7,736 nt of DNA from a virus (taxonomy: Duplodnaviria > Heunggongvirae > Uroviricota > Caudoviricetes), in IMG/VR virus record IMGVR_UViG_3300029762_000084. One strand, 5' to 3'. The notes below the pieces were generated by a model. It saw only the letters and a list, made by a program, of their open reading frames with translations, was not told the origin of the DNA and did not search any database. The number at the start of each line of letters is the position of its first letter. The first letter of the stretch is position 1. The position numbers and the translations under genes were made by a program. Below are positions 1 through 7,697 of this stretch, piece by piece.

Positions 1-545
1 TCCCTGCATTCAACAAAGCACTGGCAACATTTTCAGGAAGTATCGTATCGCTCATTGCGACCAAAGTTTTACGCTATACAGCCCTAAGAACGAAAGAGCT
101 TCGTTCCATGCAATGGAAGAACGTCGATTTTGAAAACAGGATTATCACTATCGACGCCAGTGTGATGAAGGGACGCAAGATTCATGTTGTCCCGATGTCG
201 GACCAGGTGGTTGAACTTCTCACTACGCTAAGCTCCATCACTAAACCAGTATCAGAGTTTGTTTTTGCCGGGCGCAACGATAAGAAGAAGCCAATCTGCG
301 AGAACGCGGTATTGCTTGTGATCAAACAAATCGGCTATGAGGGTCTGGAAAGCGGTCACGGATTCAGGCATGAATTCAGCACAATTATGAACGAGCACGA
401 ATGGCCTGCTGACGCTATTGAAGTGCAACTGGCACATGCCAACGGCGGATCTGTGCGTGGAATTTACAACCATGCTCAGTATCTCGATAAGCGCAGAGAA
501 ATGATGCAGTGGTGGGCGGACTGGCTTGATGAAAAGGTTGAGTGA
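1..545 (+). CDS. int: Phage integrase (tyrosine recombinase), C-terminal catalytic domain; 5' end lies upstream of the window
   Basis: Frame is open from position 3 to the TGA stop at 543-545 (the track ORF 108..545 is the part after an internal Met). The translation carries the tyrosine-recombinase catalytic residues: Arg in ALRTKEL, His-x-x-Arg in HGFRHEF, and the Tyr region LAHANGGSVRGIYNHAQY. The C-terminal MMQWWADWLD is typical of P4/CP4-57-type integrases as I recall them. Confidence 0.9.
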   Translation, partial: PAFNKALATFSGSIVSLIATKVLRYTALRTKELRSMQWKNVDFENRIITIDASVMKGRKIHVVPMSDQVVELLTTLSSITKPVSEFVFAGRNDKKKPICENAVLLVIKQIGYEGLESGHGFRHEFSTIMNEHEWPADAIEVQLAHANGGSVRGIYNHAQYLDKRREMMQWWADWLDEKVE

Positions 546-567
546 ACGACATTATGAACAACAGGAG

Positions 568-608
568 AACACACAAAACCTCGCAAAAATTACAAAGATT
601 TGTGTGTT
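568..608. repeat. Perfect 10-bp inverted repeat (AACACACAAA ... TTTGTGTGTT) with a 21-bp spacer, between the convergent integrase and tailspike stops
   Basis: Read directly: 568-577 aacacacaaa and 599-608 tttgtgtgtt are exact reverse complements. The stem is AT-rich, the loop is long and there is no clean U-tract, so it is a weak intrinsic terminator at best and could instead be a protein-binding site or part of attP. Confidence 0.5.
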
Positions 609-626
609 AGTACTTATCATTGCGAT

Positions 627-2573
627 TTAAAGAATAATTCTTTCAACCTTCCAAGTTGCAGATCTACTTCCTGAAATTCCAACTCCATTTGAATCTTTGA
701 GAAGAATTCTAAATGATGTTTCTGTTACCAAATCATACGTTGCATTTATTGCTGCGCCATCTCCTATCGATATTGAGATAAAATCAGGCACAACTCCAAG
801 TCCGTGAGTTATTATTTGTCCATTTGAATAAACCCCAGTTCCTATTTTAGTCGTTGCATACCCGGCATTGTTTGCAAGGACAACATTAACCGAATTTGCT
901 CCTAATTTAGCAATCTTCCTATCAGATGAAATCTCTGTAGATTGTATTGCATTATTTGAAATAACTGCATCTTTTATAGCCCTGAAATCTCCAGGTGTTC
1001 CTGATACAGCATTAACAAGTATTGCATACTGCATACTTCTATCACTTCTTTTATTGCCGAAAGCATTACCGCAAATTGTTGTCCCGGTAAATCCAGATGC
1101 TCCCGTGTTATCAAGAAGAATTCCGCACCTATATGTATTTGATGTATCAGAAGGCAAACCTATACCTCTTATGGAATTATTGGATACTATATTATTATCT
1201 GGCTTGACATTTGCATTATTGCAGTAAATGCGAATTCCAACATCACAAAATGCATCTAATACATTATCAGATATAACATTACCCGCTCCCCACACATCAA
1301 TACCCATAAACGAATCAGCACCATCTCCAAAAAATTTATTTTGAGTAACTATTGTTCCGCTACCCCTAATCAATATAGCAGGCCTTGGAATGCTTGAAGT
1401 CTTTTTGCTATCATTGTAGCCATGATTATCGTTTATATGAGATTCCCCCCCCGCACTATCTATGCAGCAATTACACGAATCTATTATATTTTTATTTATC
1501 CTTACATAGACAGAATCGTGTTTTATACCTGTAATAAAATTTGATATGGAATTTGATACAAAACTAGTTGCCTTACATGGCAATGAAACGCCATGTATAG
1601 CGTCCTTAGACGCTCCTATGGCAACAAAATGTATCCCTGTAACAATTGCTGGGTTCTCATTAGATGATGTGTCACCTATGGTAATAGCAAAAGAATTCTC
1701 ATCTTCAGGACCATCAATTGTTAATATCGTTTGTGGCGTATATCCTTGAGATATTTGCGATCCATTTCCTGAACCAAACCCTCTCATACTTACAAAAGAT
1801 GGGATTCTTAGTTTTTCTGTTACTCTACAGTTGCCCCCCCAAAAAAATTCCTCTTTAACATGGGCAGCGGCCAGCATGATTGGAATTGTATCATCTTTAA
1901 CTCCATCAAGCGTCGCTCCATAATTTCTAAGGTCATTGGTTTCATCCCCATTTAAATAACCAATACATCTCCATCCTGTTGAGGTATATCTGGCAAATTT
2001 ATCATCTGGGGGAACAGTAAAAGGAGGAACTGTCATTTCTCCTCCAGTTATTTCATTTTCATATACCCAAAACAACCCATCATAATCTTTGATTGCGCAT
2101 CGGTTGTCACGAATGATATTTTGCTTGTCATAGTTCCCACAATATGAAAAACCAGTTGCTAATTTCTGTAGATTTGTTCCTGATGCTGAGTTTATTAATG
2201 ATGCGCCATTTTCGCTAGTTAATACATTATTTAGAGGGTCAGGATCATACTTCAGCACATTAGGAAAATAGAACTGCTGCGCACCGTACGCATCATAAAC
2301 AGCCATAGAATGGCCTTGCACGGTTACGAATTTGGCAATCTGTCCGTTATATACAGGATACCCGCCAGCGTTAATGATGATTGGCTGTGCAACAGGAACG
2401 TGAGAACCGTCTTCATTCTCTACATAAACCTGAATCTGGTTTTCAGGATTTACCGGGTCAGTGTCAATTTTTCCGATATAAATTTTGCCATTGGCAACCG
2501 CTTTAAAAGAACGCGCCATAGTGAAGAGTTGCGAAGGCATGCTTACCACAACATTTGCGGTGATATCTGACAT
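627..2573 (-). CDS. Tailspike protein: P22 gp9-type N-terminal head-binding domain plus a divergent beta-helix-like receptor-binding/depolymerase domain
   Basis: From the Met at 2573 the protein begins [59 protein letters not shown]...[15 protein letters not shown]...NVLKYDPD, which closely matches the head-binding domain of P22 tailspike gp9 as I recall it. The remaining ~530 aa is N/G/S/I/T-rich and repetitive, consistent with a parallel beta-helix. GGAG sits about 8 nt upstream of the 2573 ATG; the track ORF runs to 2621, but homology favours 2573. Stop is TAA at 627-629. Confidence 0.9.
   Translation of the reverse strand: MSDITANVVVSMPSQLFTMARSFKAVANGKIYIGKIDTDPVNPENQIQVYVENEDGSHVPVAQPIIINAGGYPVYNGQIAKFVTVQGHSMAVYDAYGAQQFYFPNVLKYDPDPLNNVLTSENGASLINSASGTNLQKLATGFSYCGNYDKQNIIRDNRCAIKDYDGLFWVYENEITGGEMTVPPFTVPPDDKFARYTSTGWRCIGYLNGDETNDLRNYGATLDGVKDDTIPIMLAAAHVKEEFFWGGNCRVTEKLRIPSFVSMRGFGSGNGSQISQGYTPQTILTIDGPEDENSFAITIGDTSSNENPAIVTGIHFVAIGASKDAIHGVSLPCKATSFVSNSISNFITGIKHDSVYVRINKNIIDSCNCCIDSAGGESHINDNHGYNDSKKTSSIPRPAILIRGSGTIVTQNKFFGDGADSFMGIDVWGAGNVISDNVLDAFCDVGIRIYCNNANVKPDNNIVSNNSIRGIGLPSDTSNTYRCGILLDNTGASGFTGTTICGNAFGNKRSDRSMQYAILVNAVSGTPGDFRAIKDAVISNNAIQSTEISSDRKIAKLGANSVNVVLANNAGYATTKIGTGVYSNGQIITHGLGVVPDFISISIGDGAAINATYDLVTETSFRILLKDSNGVGISGSRSATWKVERIIL
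1445..1452. repeat. Homopolymer tract C8 on + strand (G8 on the tailspike coding strand)
   Basis: Read directly: gattccccccccgcac. It is in frame within the tailspike and encodes the Ala-Gly-Gly-Glu of ...DSAGGESH... Confidence 0.95.
1834..1847. repeat. Compound homopolymer tract C7A7 on + strand (T7G7 on the tailspike coding strand)
   Basis: Read directly: ttgcccccccaaaaaaattc. It is in frame within the tailspike and encodes ...EEFFWGGN... Confidence 0.95.
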
Positions 2574-2694
2574 TTCATTGCTCCAGACGAATGATATGAT
2601 GCAACCATGATGTGATTGCATACCGAAATGGTACTATTGAGTATTTATCCAGTAGGTTACGATGCCATTCCACCCAACTGGTGAGGCATCAAGG
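2574..2694. promoter_or_regulatory. Divergent intergenic region between tailspike and Mnt-like gene; candidate promoter/operator region
   Basis: A 121-bp non-coding gap between two divergent start codons. It contains ATGAT(G) direct repeats and a 6-bp inverted repeat, atgcaa-N11-ttgcat, at 2599-2621. I could not identify a sigma70 -35/-10 pair with confidence by eye. Confidence 0.35.
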
Positions 2695-2961
2695 ATGTAC
2701 AGCAAATACGATGAGGCGCAGTTTCACTTGAGACTTCCGCATGAACTCCACGCGAAAATTAAGCAGCGTGCGAAGATGAATAACAGATCGCTGAACTCAG
2801 AGATAATTGCAGCGATTGAAGAATCGTTGGCTAAACAAAGCTCTGCATCCGTTTACATTGACGATGCAGAGCGTATGGCAGAACAACAATCTGATATGGT
2901 TAAGAAAATGGTTTTTGAAACGCTTAAGACCATGTATAGCAATAATAAAAAGGAAACATAG
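2695..2961 (+). CDS. mnt: Mnt-like ribbon-helix-helix transcriptional repressor (Arc/Mnt family)
   Basis: The N-terminal QFHLRLPHELHAKIKQRAKMNNRSLNSEIIAAIEESL fits the Arc/Mnt RHH pattern of beta-strand plus two helices. The C-terminal DAERMAEQQSDMVKKMVFETLK closely resembles the P22 Mnt tetramerisation region (NDAERLADEQSELVKKMVFDTLK, from memory). GAGG lies 8 nt upstream of the ATG at 2695; the track's upstream ATG at 2662 has weaker support. Stop is TAG at 2959-2961. Confidence 0.8.
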   Translation: MYSKYDEAQFHLRLPHELHAKIKQRAKMNNRSLNSEIIAAIEESLAKQSSASVYIDDAERMAEQQSDMVKKMVFETLKTMYSNNKKET

Positions 2962-3031
2962 AAATCTAGTTTCCGGCTAAAATGGCATTGCCTTCATGCT
3001 ATCCTGTGAAAAACTAAGGAGAGTTAACCAT

Positions 3032-3517
3032 ATGAAAAAATTACTGTTAATTATCCCGCTTCTGCTGGTTGGATGCGCAAAAGTAAGTGACTATCAAGCA
3101 AGTTGCGAACAACGCTATCAAAAGCTTAGCGATATGGCTAATTGCCTTGATGCCAGTGTGAAGAACGACTCACGCATGGCATCAGCACCAACACCTAAAC
3201 TATATGTCCTTGCTGCAAAGATGCTCGGGCAAGGTGTCGATGAAGGCAAGATAAGTGACGCACAGGCAAGACTTGAGCTTCAGAATCTTTATGTTCAATT
3301 ACAAAGCCAAGAACAAGCCCAACAAATAGCACAAAGCCAAGCATTCCAGCAGGCTTTATTGAATTATCAGGCTGTAAACACAATGCAAGCGATCGAGCAA
3401 AAAGCGAGACAGCCTGTTATAACTCAACCCTATCCAACACGAGTTGACACTTACACAAACTGCAATTCAGGATTTGGAAACACGGTAACATGCAACAGTA
3501 GCAGTAGCATCAGATAA
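3032..3517 (+). CDS. Putative lipoprotein of unknown function (161 aa) with a Gln-rich predicted coiled-coil centre
   Basis: AAGGAG lies about 8 nt upstream of the ATG at 3032. The N-terminus MKKLLLIIPLLLVGC is a typical signal peptide with an L-V-G-C lipobox. The residue after the lipid Cys is Ala rather than Asp, suggesting outer-membrane sorting. The mature protein has four further Cys and a Q/A-rich heptad-like segment (LELQNLYVQLQSQEQAQQIAQSQAFQQALLNYQ). The track's upstream start at 2996 has no RBS. Confidence 0.75.
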   Translation: MKKLLLIIPLLLVGCAKVSDYQASCEQRYQKLSDMANCLDASVKNDSRMASAPTPKLYVLAAKMLGQGVDEGKISDAQARLELQNLYVQLQSQEQAQQIAQSQAFQQALLNYQAVNTMQAIEQKARQPVITQPYPTRVDTYTNCNSGFGNTVTCNSSSSIR

Positions 3518-3607
3518 CAATCAGCAAAGGTATCGCCTATGCAGAGGGATACGATAAACCTCGCGTTCTACATATTTGGTTTTTGCACGTTCCTGGTGTT
3601 TGAAAGG

Positions 3608-5605
3608 CTATTCTGACAACGAATCAGACTTCGCACCCTGCGTCAGTGCATTAATCGCTTTTTGCGCTTGCTGCATGGCTTTCTCAAACGCTGTCGATCC
3701 GCGTGGTGTGTTTGCCATTCGTAGCATTGCATTTCTGAATGGCTCACTCTCATAGGCGCGAGTAAGAAGTCCGTAGCTTACCGCTGCGCCAGTTGTCGCC
3801 GGGTTCATTGCTGTCCCATACCCGATAATGAACGGGATGGTTTGCTGCCCTGTTGGTGTTGTTACTGCCGCTTTTGCAGCCTGCTGCGTGGATTGCAGGT
3901 AGTTTTTCAATCCTTTCAGATAAGCAGCGTCCTGCCCCTTAAATGTGATGCCAGTCTGGTTTTGCAGGATGTTAAGCTGCCGAAGGAACTGGTCAGGGGA
4001 TCCGCCAGATTTCTCCATCGCCTTTCCAATGATGCCATTGCGCATTTGCGCCCTGCCAACACGACCAACTGAGTTATACAGCGTCTTAATTTCCGATTTG
4101 TTCTTGCTGAATAGCATGTTGTTGACAACTTCCGGCGTCAGGTCTCCTTTCATGAGAACATTCTTCAGCCTGGTATTCTTTAGTTTCGCCGCTTCGTCAG
4201 CGTAGACGGCATTGGCCTGCTGATATTTACGGAGAGTATCGTTGCCAAGATTCTGACCAATGGCACCATTGATATCGTCAGTCATTGCCTTGTAAACGCG
4301 CTGAATGGCAGCATCGGAACGGTTTGGTAACACTGGTCGCTCACCCTTCACGTCCATTCTGAACTGGCTGCGCAGGTCGCTTAATTGCTTCAAATCCAGA
4401 TTTACCGGACCATCAGGGCCAGCATTGCGAACAAGCTCATCACGATATGACTGAAGTTTTGAAATTGTCTCGTTATCAGCTACCTTACCAAGCTTCTGCA
4501 GATTAGATATCTCAGTATCAATCTGCTGAATTGCTCGCGCAGGCTGAATGTTTACTCCAGCCATAGCATTCTGAACCTGCTCCAGTCGATTACCGGCGGC
4601 ACGACGAATTCCTGATGTTTTCGCTTTAAGGCTGTCAATAACAACAGCTGGATCATACTCACCGAATTTATCAGCAAATCTCTGCACCAACTGGCTTCTC
4701 GCTTCCTGTTGCGTTGCTCTCATTCCGCTTGTGCCAGCCAGGGGGATATTTTCCGCTGTCGTCTGCGCCATTTTCCCGACGCGGGAAGTAGGCTGTAACA
4801 GGTCTGTGGTGTGCAGAGGAACTCCTTCACGCTCTGCAAATCTGATAGCCTGCTGCGCTTCTGGCGCAATAGCACCACGAACGCCACGATAAGCAGCACC
4901 TAATCCACGTCCGGCAGCGTTAATAGCACCGCCAGCCAGCACACCAACGCCTAAATCGGTGGCGAGTGCTTCCGCATCATCTTTCGCACTATTTGCAGCA
5001 AGTGATCCAACTGCGTTTTCAGCGAGAAGGCGAGTTGCACCCTGAGCAATTCGACCAGCAAGTGTTGGTGCCTGTGTTGCCGCTCTCTCAACGCCAGCAG
5101 GAGTGAGGTAAGGCAATGCTTCAGCAAATACCCTTCCCTCTGTCGTTTGTGGAGTCAGCGCGCCTTGCTGAAGGCCAAAGTCCTGCTCTAATCCCTGCGT
5201 TGTTACTCGTGGCGCTGGTTGATATGTACCATCGCCAATGCCGAGTTTACCGCCAGCCCAAGCCGCCGCGCTTGTTACAGCATCGGCAACTGATGCAGGT
5301 ATGTTTGCCACGTTCACGCCAGCCTGCACCAGTCCGCGACCAGTCTCTTTTACTGCTTCGCCAAGATCAGACATAAATCCACTTTGCTGTGGTTGTTGCT
5401 GTGCTACTGGTTGCTGTGTCTCCACTGGCTGCACAGATGGCAATGGATAGGCAGCATAGAAAGCTTGCTTAGCCTGCTCTGCATTTTCTCCGGCTTGCGG
5501 GGCCACGACTTCATTGAAGTATTGCTCCTGAGCCTGCGCTTTTTGTTCTGGTGCTAACGCCTGATACTGTGGAGAGGCGATAACATCTTTCCATGCTTTA
5601 GCCAT
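3608..5605 (-). CDS. DNA ejection (injection) protein, P22 gp16-like
   Basis: A 665-aa ORF that is last in a gp7-gp20-gp16-ordered block. Its ATG overlaps the upstream stop (TAATG at 5603-5607), with GGGGTGA upstream. The protein is Ala/Gln/Gly-rich and low-complexity. The assignment rests on synteny and size (P22 gp16 is about 609 aa, from memory), not on a sequence search. Confidence 0.65.
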   Translation of the reverse strand: MAKAWKDVIASPQYQALAPEQKAQAQEQYFNEVVAPQAGENAEQAKQAFYAAYPLPSVQPVETQQPVAQQQPQQSGFMSDLGEAVKETGRGLVQAGVNVANIPASVADAVTSAAAWAGGKLGIGDGTYQPAPRVTTQGLEQDFGLQQGALTPQTTEGRVFAEALPYLTPAGVERAATQAPTLAGRIAQGATRLLAENAVGSLAANSAKDDAEALATDLGVGVLAGGAINAAGRGLGAAYRGVRGAIAPEAQQAIRFAEREGVPLHTTDLLQPTSRVGKMAQTTAENIPLAGTSGMRATQQEARSQLVQRFADKFGEYDPAVVIDSLKAKTSGIRRAAGNRLEQVQNAMAGVNIQPARAIQQIDTEISNLQKLGKVADNETISKLQSYRDELVRNAGPDGPVNLDLKQLSDLRSQFRMDVKGERPVLPNRSDAAIQRVYKAMTDDINGAIGQNLGNDTLRKYQQANAVYADEAAKLKNTRLKNVLMKGDLTPEVVNNMLFSKNKSEIKTLYNSVGRVGRAQMRNGIIGKAMEKSGGSPDQFLRQLNILQNQTGITFKGQDAAYLKGLKNYLQSTQQAAKAAVTTPTGQQTIPFIIGYGTAMNPATTGAAVSYGLLTRAYESEPFRNAMLRMANTPRGSTAFEKAMQQAQKAINALTQGAKSDSLSE

Positions 5606-6993
5606 TAATCACCCCATAGTGAAGAAAAGTTACTGCTGGCTGCTGGCTGTGATACCTGTGCAGGTTGAGATTGCTGCCGCTGAGATTTACCAACATTAAC
5701 GTTATATTGTTGGTTGTAATTGTTGGTGTATTCCTTAATCTCACGAATCGACTGCTGCATAGCCTCCGGGCTTGAATAGTCAACCTGCGGCATCCCCTGA
5801 AAATACATCTTCGCTTCTGCAACGGTGTTAATACCACTGGCACCCATGTCCCTTGCTGCCGCCACACCCTGATTCTGCATTCTGCCCTGAATCCGTTGTG
5901 CTGAGTTATATAACTGGCGCTGCTCTTTTCCTGTTAATCTGCTGCGAACATCAGCACCAATTGCTGGATTACCTGCACCGCCTGTCATTCCTGTCATGAA
6001 ATCGAGAGCAGAAGCGTCTGCATTTGCGATCGCTTCGATATCCTTCTTCATGGCATAGTTTTGAGCTGATGCAGACGATGTTGCAGGCGCTGCGATTGAA
6101 CTGGCAGGAACGCGAACCATATTCCCCTCGTTGTCGATGCCTTCGTAGAACGCATTTGCCCCAGCGCCGTGAAGTTTCCCGCCAACCGTTACAGTTCTGC
6201 CATCTGATAACTGAACTGTACGCTCATCATTCCCAGCGGTTCCTCTTGTTGACGCTCGCTGCATTGCCAAATCCTGCCCGCGTCGCGCAGTAGAAGCAGA
6301 TAAGTCCTGACCGCGCATCGTGATGTTCTGGCCTCGTGCTGTTAGCGCCTCGCCAGCCTGATTGCTGCGGATTGTCTCTGCAAGTTTTCCGCGATCAATC
6401 TCACGACCAGCCATCTTGTCCTGAACATTGAAGTAATCAATCGGACCAAGAGCAGCCATTCCAAGGTGATCAACAAACTCACCAAATCCTGAAGGATTCT
6501 GCTGATACATCTGAGCAACGTTATTAGGGTCAACACCGACGCGCGCCAGCTCATTGGCGTTGTTTTGCAGCCATGATTGCATTGCTTCTGGAGAAGATGA
6601 CGCAAGACGTGCGCCAGCCGCTAATGTACCGATAGAATTACGCTGGTCTTCATCAATGAATCCCATGCCTTTACGAACGGATTCAATCTGGTCTGGATAT
6701 TGAGTAGCCAACTGACGCAAAGCACCGCGATCACCAGAAGCATAAGCATTAGCGTATGCCTGCTGAAATTCTTTCTGCCGCTGAGCCTGCTTTTCCTGCT
6801 GAAACACCACCGCAATACCTGAAAGGCCTTGCAAAGCAGTCAGCCCAACATTGTTAGCGCCTGAACGCTCAATATCATTGTTCTGCCTGATAAGCTGAAG
6901 CGTATTGCCGATGTCATTTACGCTCGGAGCGTTTGAGTTGACGCCGCCGATACCAGCCAACAATCCGCCGTTTGTTCCTTGCCAAGTAGCCAT
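5605..6993 (-). CDS. DNA ejection (injection) protein, P22 gp20-like
   Basis: A 462-aa ORF (P22 gp20 is about 471 aa, from memory) lying between the gp7-like and gp16-like genes. GGGG lies 5-8 nt upstream of the ATG at 6993. Stop is TAA at 5605-5607. Confidence 0.65.
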   Translation of the reverse strand: MATWQGTNGGLLAGIGGVNSNAPSVNDIGNTLQLIRQNNDIERSGANNVGLTALQGLSGIAVVFQQEKQAQRQKEFQQAYANAYASGDRGALRQLATQYPDQIESVRKGMGFIDEDQRNSIGTLAAGARLASSSPEAMQSWLQNNANELARVGVDPNNVAQMYQQNPSGFGEFVDHLGMAALGPIDYFNVQDKMAGREIDRGKLAETIRSNQAGEALTARGQNITMRGQDLSASTARRGQDLAMQRASTRGTAGNDERTVQLSDGRTVTVGGKLHGAGANAFYEGIDNEGNMVRVPASSIAAPATSSASAQNYAMKKDIEAIANADASALDFMTGMTGGAGNPAIGADVRSRLTGKEQRQLYNSAQRIQGRMQNQGVAAARDMGASGINTVAEAKMYFQGMPQVDYSSPEAMQQSIREIKEYTNNYNQQYNVNVGKSQRQQSQPAQVSQPAASSNFSSLWGD

Positions 6994-7002
6994 GATTACC
7001 CC

Positions 7003-7695
7003 TTAAAACAACGAGCCAAGCAATCCGATACCAGCACCAATGCCAGCGCCCCAAGGCGTTGATGTTCCCAAAAGGCTGGCAAGACCTGCACCGGCAATCG
7101 CACCAGACGTGCCACCGCTAATTGCAGTCTGAAGACTTGATGGTTTATTGGCATTAGCAGCGGCAAGTGCTGCGCTTTGCTGTGCAATGCTGCTCATGTT
7201 GTTGGCGTACGTCTGCCCGGCGTTTGCCTGACCTTGCAGCGCACCAAGCCCAACGTTTGCCAGATTGTTGTAATTGCTCATCTGATTTGATAACCAAGAC
7301 TGACCGAGAGTCGGCGCGATCGTAGCCAGTTGATTGCTTGTGGCTGTCGAACCAAGTCCACCCGTCGCCTCCGCAGCAGCAAGACTCTGGTAACGCGCCT
7401 GATCTGCAAGGTCTTTATACTGCTGAGAGTTGTAATACTGATTAAGTGCCTGCCCCTGACCTTCTAAACTGGAAAGATTCTGAAGCTGGTTAACATACTG
7501 CTCCGCAAGCGGCGTGAACGGAGCAAGGTTTTTCATGATCGTCTGCCACTGCTGATTTTGCAGGTCTGCGGCATACTTCTGGGCTTCTGCTGCATACTTT
7601 GCGCTTTTATCAGAGCTACCACCTTTCCCGCCTTTTTCAGGGCACCAAGGTTCCTCGCCGCGCAGTTTTCTGCCCAGCTTAAATGCATATAACAT
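7003..7695 (-). CDS. DNA ejection (injection) protein, P22 gp7-like
   Basis: A 230-aa ORF (P22 gp7 is about 229 aa). Its N-terminus MLYAFKLGRKLRGEEPWCPEKGGKGGSS resembles the P22 gp7 N-terminus as I recall it. The C-terminus is Gly/Ala-rich and hydrophobic (GAIAGAGLASLLG...GAGIGAGIGLLGSLF), consistent with a membrane-inserting ejection protein. GGGAGA lies upstream of the ATG at 7695. Confidence 0.7.
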   Translation of the reverse strand: MLYAFKLGRKLRGEEPWCPEKGGKGGSSDKSAKYAAEAQKYAADLQNQQWQTIMKNLAPFTPLAEQYVNQLQNLSSLEGQGQALNQYYNSQQYKDLADQARYQSLAAAEATGGLGSTATSNQLATIAPTLGQSWLSNQMSNYNNLANVGLGALQGQANAGQTYANNMSSIAQQSAALAAANANKPSSLQTAISGGTSGAIAGAGLASLLGTSTPWGAGIGAGIGLLGSLF

Positions 7696-7697
7696 GG

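Noticed and set aside
252-473. 73-aa minus-strand ORF inside the integrase gene
   Set aside because: Entirely antisense to a well-supported integrase frame, with no RBS and no recognisable protein features.
868-2570. Plus-strand ORFs 868..1227, 1546..1749 and 2310..2570 inside the tailspike region
   Set aside because: All lie antisense within the tailspike CDS. Their Leu/Ser/Ile-rich composition is what the complement of an AT-rich gene gives by chance.
2574-2621. Upstream alternative start for the tailspike (track ORF extended to 2621)
   Set aside because: The P22-type head-binding domain begins at MSDITANVV, which corresponds to the ATG at 2573 and has a GGAG RBS. The extra 16 residues have no counterpart.
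2662-3031. Mnt-like gene and lipoprotein gene as a toxin-antitoxin pair
   Set aside because: RHH antitoxins pair with cytoplasmic toxins such as ParE/RelE-like proteins, not with secreted lipoproteins. The genes are separated by 70 bp, and the RHH protein has the Mnt-type tetramerisation tail.
3301-3341. 11-bp direct repeat acaaagccaag (3301-3311 and 3331-3341)
   Set aside because: It lies inside the lipoprotein CDS and simply encodes the repeated QSQ of the Gln-rich coiled coil. It is not a mobile-element or CRISPR-like repeat.
3195-3383. 62-aa minus-strand ORF inside the lipoprotein gene
   Set aside because: Antisense to a CDS with strong RBS and signal-peptide support.
3518-3607. Possible bidirectional intrinsic terminator between the convergent lipoprotein and gp16-like genes
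   Set aside because: Only weak 5-bp AT-rich stems were found (tatcg/cgata, aaacc/ggttt) with long loops. There is no GC-rich hairpin followed by a U-tract, so it is not callable from sequence.
3842-6815. Small ORFs 3842..4072, 3916..4128, 3945..4205, 5116..5376, 5238..5450, 5598..5867, 6024..6293, 6342..6605 and 6621..6815
   Set aside because: All are embedded in, or antisense to, the large gp16-like and gp20-like frames and have the Cys/Arg/Leu-rich look of chance ORFs in GC-richer DNA.
6996-7187. 63-aa minus-strand ORF overlapping the gp7-like gene in another frame
   Set aside because: An out-of-frame overlap with a better-supported CDS, and no RBS.
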